This document shows positions 14,060 to 33,000 of a stretch of DNA of 64,000 nt, one piece after another. The notes beneath the pieces were generated by a model. The model was not told where the DNA came from. It saw nothing but the letters and a program-made list of their open reading frames with translations, and did not search any database. The stretch's first letter is position 1. Each line of letters opens with the position of its first letter. Source of the DNA: Chrysomallon squamiferum (Eukaryota; Animalia; Mollusca); NCBI GenBank assembly GCA_012295275.1, contig CM022665.1:44330001-44394000 (forward strand), read 5' to 3'. The position numbers and the translations under genes are program-made.

Positions 14060-16755
14060 TCACTCAGTCCACCTGTGACAACACTGGTTGTTGGTACAAA
14101 CATAGTACAAGCGCATCCCTTCCTGAAATTAAATTTTAAAAATGCATTAACAAAATTGAATAATTAATTTATGAATATTTCAAGGTTTTAGATTTAATAT
14201 TTAGATTATTAACAGTTGACATAAACGTTGTTCTTCTGTAACTAAAAGCTAAAGATATCTACCATAATTGCAACAAATTTAACAGCACATATATATTTAT
14301 GTGTAATGTTAAATGTATATAGATACATATATATATATATATTTATATATATGCTCTTAAATTTGTTGCAATTTTGTTAGATATTTTTAGCTTATAGTAA
14401 CAGAATAATGTTTATATCATCTGTTAATAATCTAAACATTAAATCTGAAGTCTTGAAATGTTCATACGTATATTATGTACACATATATATATATATGTGT
14501 ACATAATATACGTATGAACATTTCAAGATATATGTATATATGTATATATGTATATACATACATACACACAGACACACACATACGTATAAAACATAGCATG
14601 CATGCATATATATATATATACATACATACACACATACAGCTGGTCATTCTTTTTAAACAAATGGTCAGAGATGTTACTGGGTAAGACTCACCTCTGCTTT
14701 GGTGCTGTGTGACTGAAAGAACACAGCCTCCTTTGTGCCACATTTTTTACATGTGTAGTTCTCTGTGCGCGGAAGTGTTGGATCTGCAACCACGTCACCA
14801 ACAATCTGCGTCAGTTCACTGGAAAATATCAAATAATAAATAAGTAATAAATGCTTAGAAACTGTTTGTTGGTAATAAATTAAATAATAAACAAATAATA
14901 ACTAGGTGTTACTCTGCTTATGGTCAAAAGAAACTTGAGATTTCAAGAAAATGAATGAACGAATGAATGGTTAACAACACCCCACCCCAAAAAATATATA
15001 TTGGCTATTGGGTGTCAAACAAAGGTAAATATAACAAAATGGTGAACATCCTCTATTTAAAAAAATCAAAATCAAAATCAGTCAAAACACAGTGCAAAGA
15101 GCTGTGTAGAAAGTATCAGACTATATTTAATTTATGATAAAATTCTGTATTTCTTAAAAAAAATTCAAAACAAGTTCAGGATGGAAATGAAATGATTCCA
15201 TCACACCTATATGACCAAATATATTTTTATTTTTCTGTCTAAGATGATCGCACTCCACAAAAATGTGGTGCATTATCAGAGTACACTGATATGGTCGATC
15301 CTTCTTCAGGATAAATGAATGGGTCAAACAAGTCTCGACATTTATGTTAAGAGATTAAAGTTGTTATTAATAATAGATATGAATAATACTAACATTAGGC
15401 AATCATTGTTAATAAATTACAAATTTGTAACAAGTAAAATTATAAATACAAAATATTTAAAGTGTCCAAAAATTACAATTTTATCAAACTGATTATGGTC
15501 AAATCATATTTAAGATTTGTGTTGTTTTAACAGGTTAAAGATTTATTAAATTAATTTATAGTGGCTATAAAAAACAATATATATATATATATATATACAA
15601 GCACTTACTCAACTTCGTGCATGATCTTGTTCACATATATACATCTGTTGTCAGCAACTTGTTGATAATCGCAGTTTCGACACTGGAACAAATTTATTAA
15701 ATTTTGTAAAATGAAATACAAAAAAGCAGTAAATAAAAAATATACATTTCTTACAAAAAGACATATATTAAGTAACTTTGTACAATACATTTGTAAAATA
15801 AATTTATTAAATTTTGTAATATGAAATGCAAAATAGTAGTAAATAAAAAATATACATTTCTTTAAAAAAACTATATATTAAGTAATTTTGTACAATACAT
15901 CTGTAAAACAAATTTATTAAAAAATAAATAATTACATATAACCAAAAAGGAAATAATTAAATAATTATAGTACATTTCTTCTTTCTTTTCAAACAGTTTC
16001 AATTATGTCCAAAAAATATATTTAATCAGTAAAACCAAATGTCCATTTATTCAAATTTCGAGTTTAATCTGTATTTATTTTATTTGAAATAATGATTAAA
16101 TGAATAATAATAATAAATTGTTGATTAAATAATGATAATTATTTGTTAAATAGTATTTAAAAATAAATACATTATTTGATAATTTATTTAGCAAAACTAT
16201 TAGTGAATTTGTTCACTGCCCTTGCTTGAAGTGAAGAAACAACAAAAATCAAAATTTAATTACTTACTGCATAAAGCAAAGTTTTATTTTCCTTGTCTTC
16301 TTTGGGGTACAGCATATTGTTACTATAAGTCAGAGACAAGAAAAAACAATAAATATTAATGTTACCATAAATATAACGTATTATTTGAAACAAAACGTTG
16401 TTTTGATTTCTCTTATTGAAGTTATTCTCTTGTGCAAGTTGTAGATCATAGATGTATTACGTTATACTTATAGTGTTGAAATTATTCACTCAATCACTGA
16501 ATTATCACAGGTAAGGAGGCAGATATATAATAATATCCTGCAGAATAAATACTGATTTAAACATACTATATAATTAAAATAGTTATTATAATTATGTTGT
16601 TTTAAACTTTTGATTCTTGCTTTGGGAAAAGTCAGTAACTAGTAACAATTACAAACTATATTCTGTATAATATTTTTATATACTGACCATTCCTTACAAA
16701 ATCTAATACCAACGAAACCTGGCCCATCGGAATTTGCATCAAAACTGAGATCCAT
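14060..16755 (-). CDS. POLR2I: DNA-directed RNA polymerase II subunit RPB9, 128 aa
   Basis: Exons 16755-16688, 16322-16268, 15682-15609, 14818-14692, 14122-14060; all GT-AG, phases consistent, 387 nt. Protein: [128 protein letters not shown]. Both zinc ribbons and the DPTLPR motif are present. Confidence 0.98.
14170..14466. mobile_element. Foldback / MITE-like long inverted repeat in POLR2I intron 4
   Basis: Arms ~14170-14296 and ~14344-14466 are imperfect reverse complements (tatgaatatttcaag...gatttaatatttagattattaacag...aattgcaacaaatttaa versus ttaaatttgttgcaatt...ctgttaataatctaaacattaaatct...cttgaaatgttcata) around a (TA)-rich spacer. The inverted repeat is seen directly; transposon origin is inferred. 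Confidence 0.7.
14950..15130 (-). mobile_element. Probable 3' end of a non-LTR retroelement/SINE with a (CATT)n tail
   Basis: On the minus strand: tttgacacccaatagccaatatattttttggggtggggtgttgttaaccattcattcgttcattcatt, a GC-richer block ending in a tetranucleotide tail. It resembles a gastropod repeat end as I recall it; not verified. Confidence 0.4.
15691..15920. repeat. 110-bp tandem duplication (x2.1) abutting the POLR2I exon 3 acceptor
   Basis: 15691-15800 and 15801-15910 align without gaps (aatttattaaattttgtaa.atgaaat.caaaa.ag.agtaaataaaaaatatacatttc...); a third unit starts at 15911. Confidence 0.9.
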
Positions 16756-17110
16756 GTTGAATGATAATCTGTGAAAATGAAAATATACTTCTTCGAAATA
16801 AATTGCGTCGCTGTTCCCAAACCGGAAACAAATTTTCTTTCAGATTTGTTGCTCGCTATTTTTAACCATTTAATATGCGCACCTACAATTTGTTAAAATG
16901 TTAAAACAAGTGAATCTTTTTTAAAATTATATTAAAACCAGTTTAGTGAGTTAAACTAAACCTCTTTAATATCACCACTTGATATAGTCGGCGTTTTTAC
17001 AGTTCATAACTAATAATTATATGCTTTCAGGGAATAATGCAGTTGTACGACTGAAACGCAGGATTTAGACGCAAACAGCGAGTCAAACCCCTCCAGTTTA
17101 CCCGATACAT
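16756..17110. promoter_or_regulatory. CpG-containing promoter region of POLR2I (divergent from SCCPDH-A)
   Basis: Sharp rise in CpG just upstream of the RPB9 ATG; ETS-type CCGGAA core at 16822-16827. TSS not determinable. Confidence 0.5.
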
Positions 17111-17611
17111 TTTTTTGTTTATTTCGGTTTTTGGACGTTTTTTAATTGTTTTGTTTTTTGTTTTTTGTATATTTTGTTGTTTTGTTTTTTGGGGGTTTTT
17201 TTGTTTTTTTGTTTTTTTTTCTAAATCCTTGTATCGAGATATCCTTCGATGCACTGAATAAATTGAAAATAAACAAATAAATAAATAAAAATAAATAAAA
17301 TAAAATAAAATAACCACCAGAGTTAAAAAAAAAAATTTTCTCTAACAAAACGATCACTCTGTTAACAATACTAAACAATGAAATTAGAGACAGGGTTTTA
17401 ATCTGATTTCATTTCTAAAGAATTCATCGATATAATTACATAACAAGTATTAGCAACAGCTGTAAAACAAATATATTAAGCAAATTACACAAATGAAACT
17501 TGATTATGCGGGCAGACCTATGCTCTTTATGAGTGGCGACCTCTCTAGGAATGGAAACCACATTCTGAGTTTTTAGAGAAAGTATTATTCAGTTATTTTT
17601 ACGATTTTTAT

Positions 17612-17654
<43 letters not shown>

Positions 17655-17880
17655 ACAAACAAAAAATTCAGTTTCACAGGTTTTTCATATTTATATAGTT
17701 AATAAGAGCGCTTAAAACATTTTTATTCATTATTTTAATCGATTTAAAAACTCTGCTCCAAACAACTGTTCTCAGATTTTTAATTTTTAAATTAATTTGG
17801 ACTCTTTTAGTTTTTATTTTGGCTAATTCAAGACTGAAATATTTTCCAGCAAAAAGAAAAAAGAGAACTAAAACTATAAT

Positions 17881-17884
<4 letters not shown>

Positions 17885-17951
<67 letters not shown>
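17885..17951. repeat. (CT)n microsatellite
   Basis: Read directly. Confidence 0.95.
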
Positions 17952-17955
<4 letters not shown>

Positions 17956-18207
17956 CTTTGACCTTTGTCTTTCTCTCATTCTCTATATGTTACATAGGTA
18001 CGCACACACACAAACACATATACATACATCTGTCTTTTGAATAATTTACTAATATAATTCTGATTTAAAAAAAAAAAAAAAAAAATAAAAAAATTCACGA
18101 CCTCCCCTCTTGAAAAGCACTGGACACCTCCCTAGAAAATTAACACGTACAGAGAGCTCTGGATTGTTAAGTCTTTTATTACTGTGTTAGTTTCAGTGAG
18201 GCCAGAA

Positions 18208-25176
<6,969 letters not shown>

Positions 25177-25368
25177 ACATGATTATTAATTTACAAAAGA
25201 CTAGGACATGGAATAAATAAATAAACAAACAAATAAATAAATAAATGACAATTAAATATAAATAAATCAATAAATCAATTAAAAAAATTTAAATTAAAAT
25301 TTTCTTCCTACATATAAACATGCGCAGTAATAAAAAGGATTTCAGTCTACGATTTCAACGATACTGTT

Positions 25369-25370
<2 letters not shown>

Positions 25371-25420
<50 letters not shown>

Positions 25421-25439
25421 CAACAATAACAGTAACATC

Positions 25440-25499
<60 letters not shown>

Positions 25500-25506
25500 A
25501 ATAATA
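25371..25506. repeat. Compound (AAT)n/(AAC)n microsatellite
   Basis: Read directly; source of the poly-N, poly-V and poly-C ORFs. Confidence 0.95.
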
Positions 25507-25593
25507 AATAAATAAATAAAAGCCTTGGAGATACCCATACGGATAAATAGAACGAAATACATTTTTTTTTTTTTTTTTTTTTTGTAAAAATGA

Positions 25594-25630
<37 letters not shown>

Positions 25631-26510
25631 TATGAAAGAGGAAATAATCGAATAAAAGAATCGAAAATAACGATCATGGAACATATGGTGTCTGAGACAT
25701 GGATTTACCCAGAAATTATAGACATCTGTTTAAACAAAACATTAGCAATAAAGTGTACTTATGTAATCAAATAGTCATTAAACAAATCTTGAATGCCATT
25801 GTAATTATTATTATTCTTGATATTATTATATAATATTTTTCTACTCTTCTTTTTTTTGTTTCTTCCTGAACCCTGACTCTTGTCTTTGTAATCGTTTTCT
25901 CACAGAAAATGTACATGCAAACTGCTTTGATTCTTGTTGGTTCAACAAACATTAGTTTTACTTTCGTAAATCGCTTTGTGCAACACTTTATTTATCGTCT
26001 TTTTCCGTGACACTGTTTAATTAACGCTTTCTCGAGCAGTAATTGTTTCTTCGGACCAGTTGCCAGTGGACTGACTGCTCAGGAGCCGATCCAGAATATT
26101 CGGGAAAGTTCGGGAGTTGTACGTAAATTTTACAAGATATAGTGCGTCGGTAAAAATGTGGGAACGCTAGCCAGTATGAGTCACTGGTCTGAAAGCGAGA
26201 AACTTTTTATCATAAAGTACTTAGAACACGTTAAGCTTATCAAAGTAAACTTTCTATGTACGCCTCACCAGGACATACCAATTAAAACGTTTGAGCTGCC
26301 TTTCCAAGACCGTGTTAAATTACATTGGTTAATCAGGTATAGGTTACATGACATTGTAAAATTTTATTCTGTAAAAATAATTATATCTGAAGAGATGATG
26401 ATGTGTCGGTATTCCATGAGATTTAATAAATCAGTCTTGTCTATATTCCTTTATTCTGGTTGCCTTTTTTATTATTATTATTATTATTATTATTTTTTTT
26501 TTTTTTGTGG

Positions 26511-26545
<35 letters not shown>

Positions 26546-27109
26546 GGGCAATGTCTTTCTGATCATCAATTAGAATAGGCTACAGACTAACTTCGGCCAC
26601 TCCAGTTAACTCTCTTGGTTATCATTATTATAAATAAAAATTTCATAACACCCGGTATTGAAACTTTTTATACATTTTCCCCAGACGTCACTCTACAGAT
26701 GGCCGATGAGAAAATGTTCATGAACTATTTCTATGCCGATCCTTTTCGAAGTACGAAATGCAACAACGCATCATGACACTTAGGAATGTAAAACATCAAG
26801 TTTGTAGATTTTGACCTTGACAGCCGGAATTTTTCAGCGTTCCAAACATTACATTTATCAGTCTGTTGATAACATATTTTCGCTGTTAATAATGTCAACG
26901 TCTATAGAAATTTCTAACTTGAACACGAGCCCTCTGTTCGTAAATGGATCAGTTTTAAATTTAATAAAATCAAATTACGTAAGTTTAAAACGTAAACAAA
27001 AAAAAAAAAAAGAAACAAAAAGAAACAAAAAAGTAAAATTAAAATAATATAAAATCGGCCAATTTATGTAAACAATCAAGCAGACGTACACTTAAAATAA
27101 ACTTTCGCG

Positions 27110-27631
27110 CTATAATGCACGTGATTTATTCGAGATATATTATTGATTTTATTATTTATTTGTTTTAAGGTTAGCTAGTTCCTACTTTATTTATTTCCCC
27201 ACGAATATTTTATTTTAATAATATTAAAAATTGATGACGATGACGATGATGATGATGTCACTGATGATGATTAAGATAATGCTGACGATGGAGCAGCGTT
27301 CATAGTTCAGCCTCTCAAATAATCCCACGTGTTCTTTTGGCTTTAAATTGTACCATTATTCATGGCCATGTAATACACACAAACACAAACTAATAAAAAC
27401 TAAATAATAAACATTTATATTATTATTGTAACTACTATTATTATTATTCTCTGCAATCGATATGAAGTATACTGAGAACTGAGCACCTTTCGCTTATATG
27501 GTTTTCGATATAGGCGTTAAAAATCCGAGTGTCTGTGGATTCTCCCTGCACGTGACATTTACATTTCCGGGAACTTGTGCACATCTCGCTTAGTAGCACC
27601 GACAAGTGAAACGAAGTAGTGTGCAGAAAAG
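27110..27631 (+). promoter_or_regulatory. Promoter / 5' UTR of SCCPDH-B with three CACGTG E-boxes and an ETS-like site
   Basis: CACGTG at 27118-27123, 27326-27331 and 27549-27554; TTCCGG at ~27565; locally CpG-rich just upstream of the ATG. Confidence 0.5.
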
Positions 27632-29960
27632 ATGGAGGGTGGTGATATGAAAAAGGAACGTTTTGACATTGTAGTTTTTGGTGCGTCTGGCTTCACTGGA
27701 CAGTATGTTGTTAATGAAGTGGCACGAGAAACAGAAAAGGAACCTGGGCTAACATGGGCAATTGCTGGCAGAACGATGGAAAAACTCCAGAAAGTTCTTA
27801 CTTCAGCGACTTCTGCGACAGGTTCGTAATTTTAATTAAAATATATAAAATTATTAAAACTTTATTTATAGTTACTGTTTGTAAACCACGGTGAAGGTTG
27901 TTTTAATTGATAAAAAAAAAACAACAAATGCAGTCTCAGGTAAAGGCTATTTCAATAGAGAGAACAAAAAAATCAAAATAGAAAACCTATTTATTGTTAA
28001 AATTGACATGTACTGATATTTAACATCCAGAAGAAATATGTATATCTTTAACATATAGTTAAATAATAATAATAATAATAATTTTTTTAAAAATCGTTCA
28101 CCAGGAAATACTGGACCAAAATGTTTCAGCAAAACATACTCTAATTTTGTGTCTGCATCCTAGAATAATAATAAATTGTTGCATGAATAAATCAACCATG
28201 TAGTACATGGGTGGTAACCAGATACTGAATTGCACAATAACCGTCTGACTGCTAAACTCAAAGTCTAATCAACAACTCCAGCTGATTGCTATCCATGCTT
28301 AATGCATGTAGATTTATTGACATTGTCAAAATCATAATAGTTTGCTTCAACAAACAGTTTGCATATGAACAGGTGACTAGCTTTCTTTTGATGTCAGATA
28401 TAATAAGTTATTTTAGGAAAGAAGCAGGCTGATATGCTAGACTGGTTTTAGCAATGTTATCATACACTGTTTAGCAATAACGTTTTTACACATGCAAGTA
28501 CTGTACTTTGAAAGAAGTAATGTCTTGAAGGGTTTCTGTCAGTGAAAGATGAAAAAAAAAAAAAAAAAAAGGATAATAAAATGTTTTAAAAGTTATTTAT
28601 TGTAAGATAATATATTTCAAACTTTAAAGTTTATCAATACTTTTCCAATATGAATCAGTGGATGTTGGTGCATGAAATTTATTTATTTTTTTTTTTTTTT
28701 AAGGACTGCATTACAATGAATTCAGCAGCAAGATTTGAACTCTGACATGTATCTAAAAAATTGTCATAAAAGCCTTTTGAAAGGTGTCTATAAAATTCAG
28801 AGATTAATAAACATTTTTCATTGAATATGTACATGAGGTTCTCAGGTTTTTAGGTTTACAAATTATATATTTTTATTTTTATTTTTTCCCTTACTAGCCT
28901 ACTTTTGACATGTCTGTTGTTTGCACTTTTTAATCTCAGGAAAGGACATGACACATGTTGAGAAATAGTAATCCAGTAATCCATCTAGACAAAAATAACC
29001 ACTTTGTTTAGTTACATCCAGGTCCTGTATCTTATTCATACATTATTAACAGATTTTGCATTAGAATATAAAATGACCAGTCGGAGTAACAGAAAGAAAT
29101 GTATTCTGTTCAGCTGGCTAGTATCATATTTTATTTTATGAACACTCTTCTTGTACATTAAAGCACCTAAAATGTCATTTCTGGAGCAATGCTGGAACAG
29201 GAAATATCTAAAAATAGTTAAAACTTTGACCTTTAGTACTTCAGCAGGCAGCCAGTATTGACTAGTTGACTACACATTTCCCATTGAATTATATTCCATG
29301 ATCATATCTGTGTTACAAACTTGCTGAAGGCTAAAAATGTGGTGGCAGCTTTGTTTATACCATTAAACCAACTGTCACTGAGTATTTATTTAACAAGTCA
29401 GCTGTTTACTCTTAAAAAAAACCCTGAAATGCAGCTGAGTATTATATGCATTTAAAAATATACATGCACAATTTTTAATAACCATGCTTATTAGAAAAGC
29501 AGATATGCTAAAAATATTTTCTTCTACAGTTATGTTTGAAGACAAAAAAAAAATGTTATTTAGAAAGCAAGAGATGTTTAAGTGATAAATCTGATAAATC
29601 TTTTGAAAATATCTTTCCAATAATGTCCAAGTCTGCCTGCCTTCAGACAGTGAAAAGATTAGATGGGGAAAAATAAAAATAAAAATTAAATGCCTAATTT
29701 ATTCTCATACATTTTTAAAAACAATGAGTAAACCTGAATCAGGCCTCTCTGTTGCTGCTATCATTTATCTGCAGCATCTGGCCACAAGAAGTTGCTGCTG
29801 TAATTACCATGTACATTTAATTTAGTAATTATGGTGTGGTTTTTTCATATCTGTTAAATTCATTAGCTGAACACAGTATATTCAGACACATAATTATTAT
29901 TAATTATTGGGTTCCCTGTATGAAATAATTTCTGTATAAATAGCAAAACAAATTGAAAAG

Positions 29961-30002
<42 letters not shown>

Positions 30003-33000
30003 CTTGACTCATTTTGGCCTGTTTTCTCTTTATAATGTAGCTGTTGAAAAGTACAAGTGTACCCTCTTTATTGACATCTGGATCAGTCCCTGGATGTTCA
30101 CATAAACTGCTGGCAATTTATGAATTTATCACTGAATAGTGAAGCTTTTTATTTAAATATTTATGAGTTTAAATAAGCTTCATTTATTTTTTATATCATG
30201 ATTAATGACCGTTATAGTAATTTATATAACTAATAATACAGTTTAGAAAAAAAAAAAAAAAATATTTGTAACTGGAGCAGTATATTTTTAAAAAAAAAAG
30301 AGTGTATAAAATATCAAGCTTTGTAGACTGAAAATATTATTAACATTTATACACTAAAACTGTGATGCTTTGGATTAGAAGTTAAGATTTACTAAAATGT
30401 TGGTCGTCAAAATTAATTTAAAGTTTTGCTGGTAATGCACTATGTAACTTGTTCCAATTAAGATGTTCAAAACACCAGTTACTGTAGGTAATATAATTGG
30501 AATCACAGATGTATATTTTTGGCTTGTTTTCATATATAAAATATAACCATCACGACCTGTACAAGTATGTTGTATTACCATAGGGGTTTGTGTGGTAAAA
30601 CAGCCTATGCATATATTTTATTTTGACTATTGTAACAGTGTATAATCAATTGATTTTCAGATAAAGATATAAAACATAACCTTTGCAACCTAGGCTTTGT
30701 GTTTTATATTGTTGTTGGAGTTAAAGCAGTAAAGCTTAACCATTATAACTTGTGCATATGTTTTATATTACCATTGGAATTAATGTAGTAAAATATAACT
30801 GTTACATCCTAAGCATACATTTTATTGTTGATGGAATTAGCATCGCAAACAGTAAAACAATTTTCAGTTAAAGATATAAAACAACCATTTCAACCTATCC
30901 TTAAATCACTGCTGGAGTTAATTCAATAAAGCATAATCATTATAGCTTGTGCATACATTTTATTGTTGATGGCATAAACATAATTGCATGCATATATATT
31001 TGAAGTTAAAATGGTGTATAAAAGATTTAAAACATAACTATTACAAGCTGTGCACATATTTTATTTTGTTGATTGGGTTAATGTAGTAAAATACAATCAT
31101 TATAATCTATGTATATATTGTTGGTAGAGTTGAAGTAAAATTTAACAATCACAACATATGCATATATTTGATATTGAAGTAGTAAAATGTAACCATTATA
31201 TATATATATATATATATATTGTTGATAGAGTTGATGCAGTAAAATGTAACCATCACAACATATGCATATATTTTATATTGTTATTGTGGAATATAACATT
31301 GGTTTAATTTCAGGTAAAGATGTAGAAAACGGTACAATCATCATTGCTGATGTGAGCAGTTACCAGTCTCTGTTAGACATGTGTCAACAGGCTAAAGTGA
31401 TAATTAACTGCGTTGGACCAGTGAGTATATAATTCTTACATAAAACACAAACAGACATATTGTGTGCAGACAGGGAAACATTTGTTTCAAAGCAGTTAGC
31501 TTTTCAGTTGCCATTTTCATTGTCGTATTTCAGTATGCCATAAATGATTTATTTTTCATATTCCTGATTTTTTTTTTTATTTTTTTTTTTTTTAATCTAT
31601 TATAAAAAAAAATTAAGATGAAATAAAAATGAACTCTCTAGCAGATGGCTTCATTTGTTGTGTCATCCAAACTTCAGAATTTATCCCAGCTGCATGTTTG
31701 GTTGTATGATTAGTTTGACAAGTCAGTGTCCACTCAGCATTATTTGAATAAGATTTCGATTGTTTATACTGGCTGGTGTGGAATTGAAAAAGTGTTTAAA
31801 CTTTTCAGAGGAATGGTTGAAAAAAGTGACATTACTTTATAAAAAAAACCCCACAGGAATGTGAATGTGTGAAAATTAAAAAAAAAAAAAAAGTTATTAA
31901 ATCTGGCATTTAACTGATATTGTTTAAATGTTTAAACTGACATGGACAGTAACTGAAAGATAAATGTGTACATGTTTTTTAACGAGACAACAACTTGTTT
32001 CAAGTCAGTACTTTCTTGAGGTTGTGCACAGTCCATCATTTCAACATGTAAATGTCTCAGAAAATTCTGTGTTCTGATGGAAATGGGCAACACCTAGATC
32101 TGTGTACTGGGACATCTGCCACAATATAGGCAGGATAATTATATTACAAAATTTTAGAATGTGATTAGAATCTTTGAAAACTTAATTTAGAAGATAATTA
32201 AAAAAACAATAGATGTAGCACACAGATATAGATATGTACGTTGATGTAGATGTATACATATATTAGCCTTTTGTAAATATTTAAATTGCTCCAAGTCAGT
32301 GTGTTGCATTAATAACTATTTTTCAAAATGCAAAAATATTGGTGTTGCACTTGTTTTGATGAAAAAGTATTTACAATTTATAATTCTACAATAATTACAG
32401 TATCACCAATCCAGACACTTGTCTTGAAATGTTGAAATAAAGTCAATTGCAGCATTGTCAACCAGTTCATTATTTAAATTAAATACAAAATGTACTTAAA
32501 ATTTGTTTTCAAATATATATTTAGCAAACTGATTGATGGAATTTCAAACTGCCGTCATTGTTGAATAATTCATAGGTATATTTAATTGACATAAAACATT
32601 AAAATTTTGATCTTGACAGATTGAAAGATGTAGGTCACCCAAAATCAGTGGGCACATATTTGTAATAGTCTGCATGATTTAATTGTGAAAATAAAACACA
32701 TTTGTTATAATGCAAATTATATATGCTTGTTGATACTTACAAAATATCAGTGGTTATCAAAACAAGTTTCAAACATCAGCATTAAAATCAAGCAGATGTA
32801 TGCATGCATATTCATGTATTGTCACAAACATTATTTTATTAAAATTTTTTTTTACAGTTATTCATAGTATGGTTTTTGTGAAAAATTGTAAAAATATTTT
32901 TGTTTCCGTTTAATCTGTATATTCCATGACAATATACAACACATGGCAGAGAGGTAATGATATAAATAGACATTAACACGCATGTACCAGCAGATGGTTT

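Noticed and set aside
17030-17115. Possible Pol III RNA or tRNA-derived SINE head (B-box-like gagtcaaaccc followed by a T run)
   Set aside because: No convincing A box or cloverleaf, and it lies in a CpG-rich promoter region that explains its composition.
17674-17979. ERERER ORF (likewise 21609-21842 and the LSLS, HTHT, poly-N/I/V/C ORFs)
   Set aside because: Dinucleotide and trinucleotide microsatellite translations.
26158-26562. 134-aa ORF between the SCCPDH paralogs
   Set aside because: Starts at GTG, shows no recognisable domain, and its 3' part runs through (TAT)n/(GT)n repeats.
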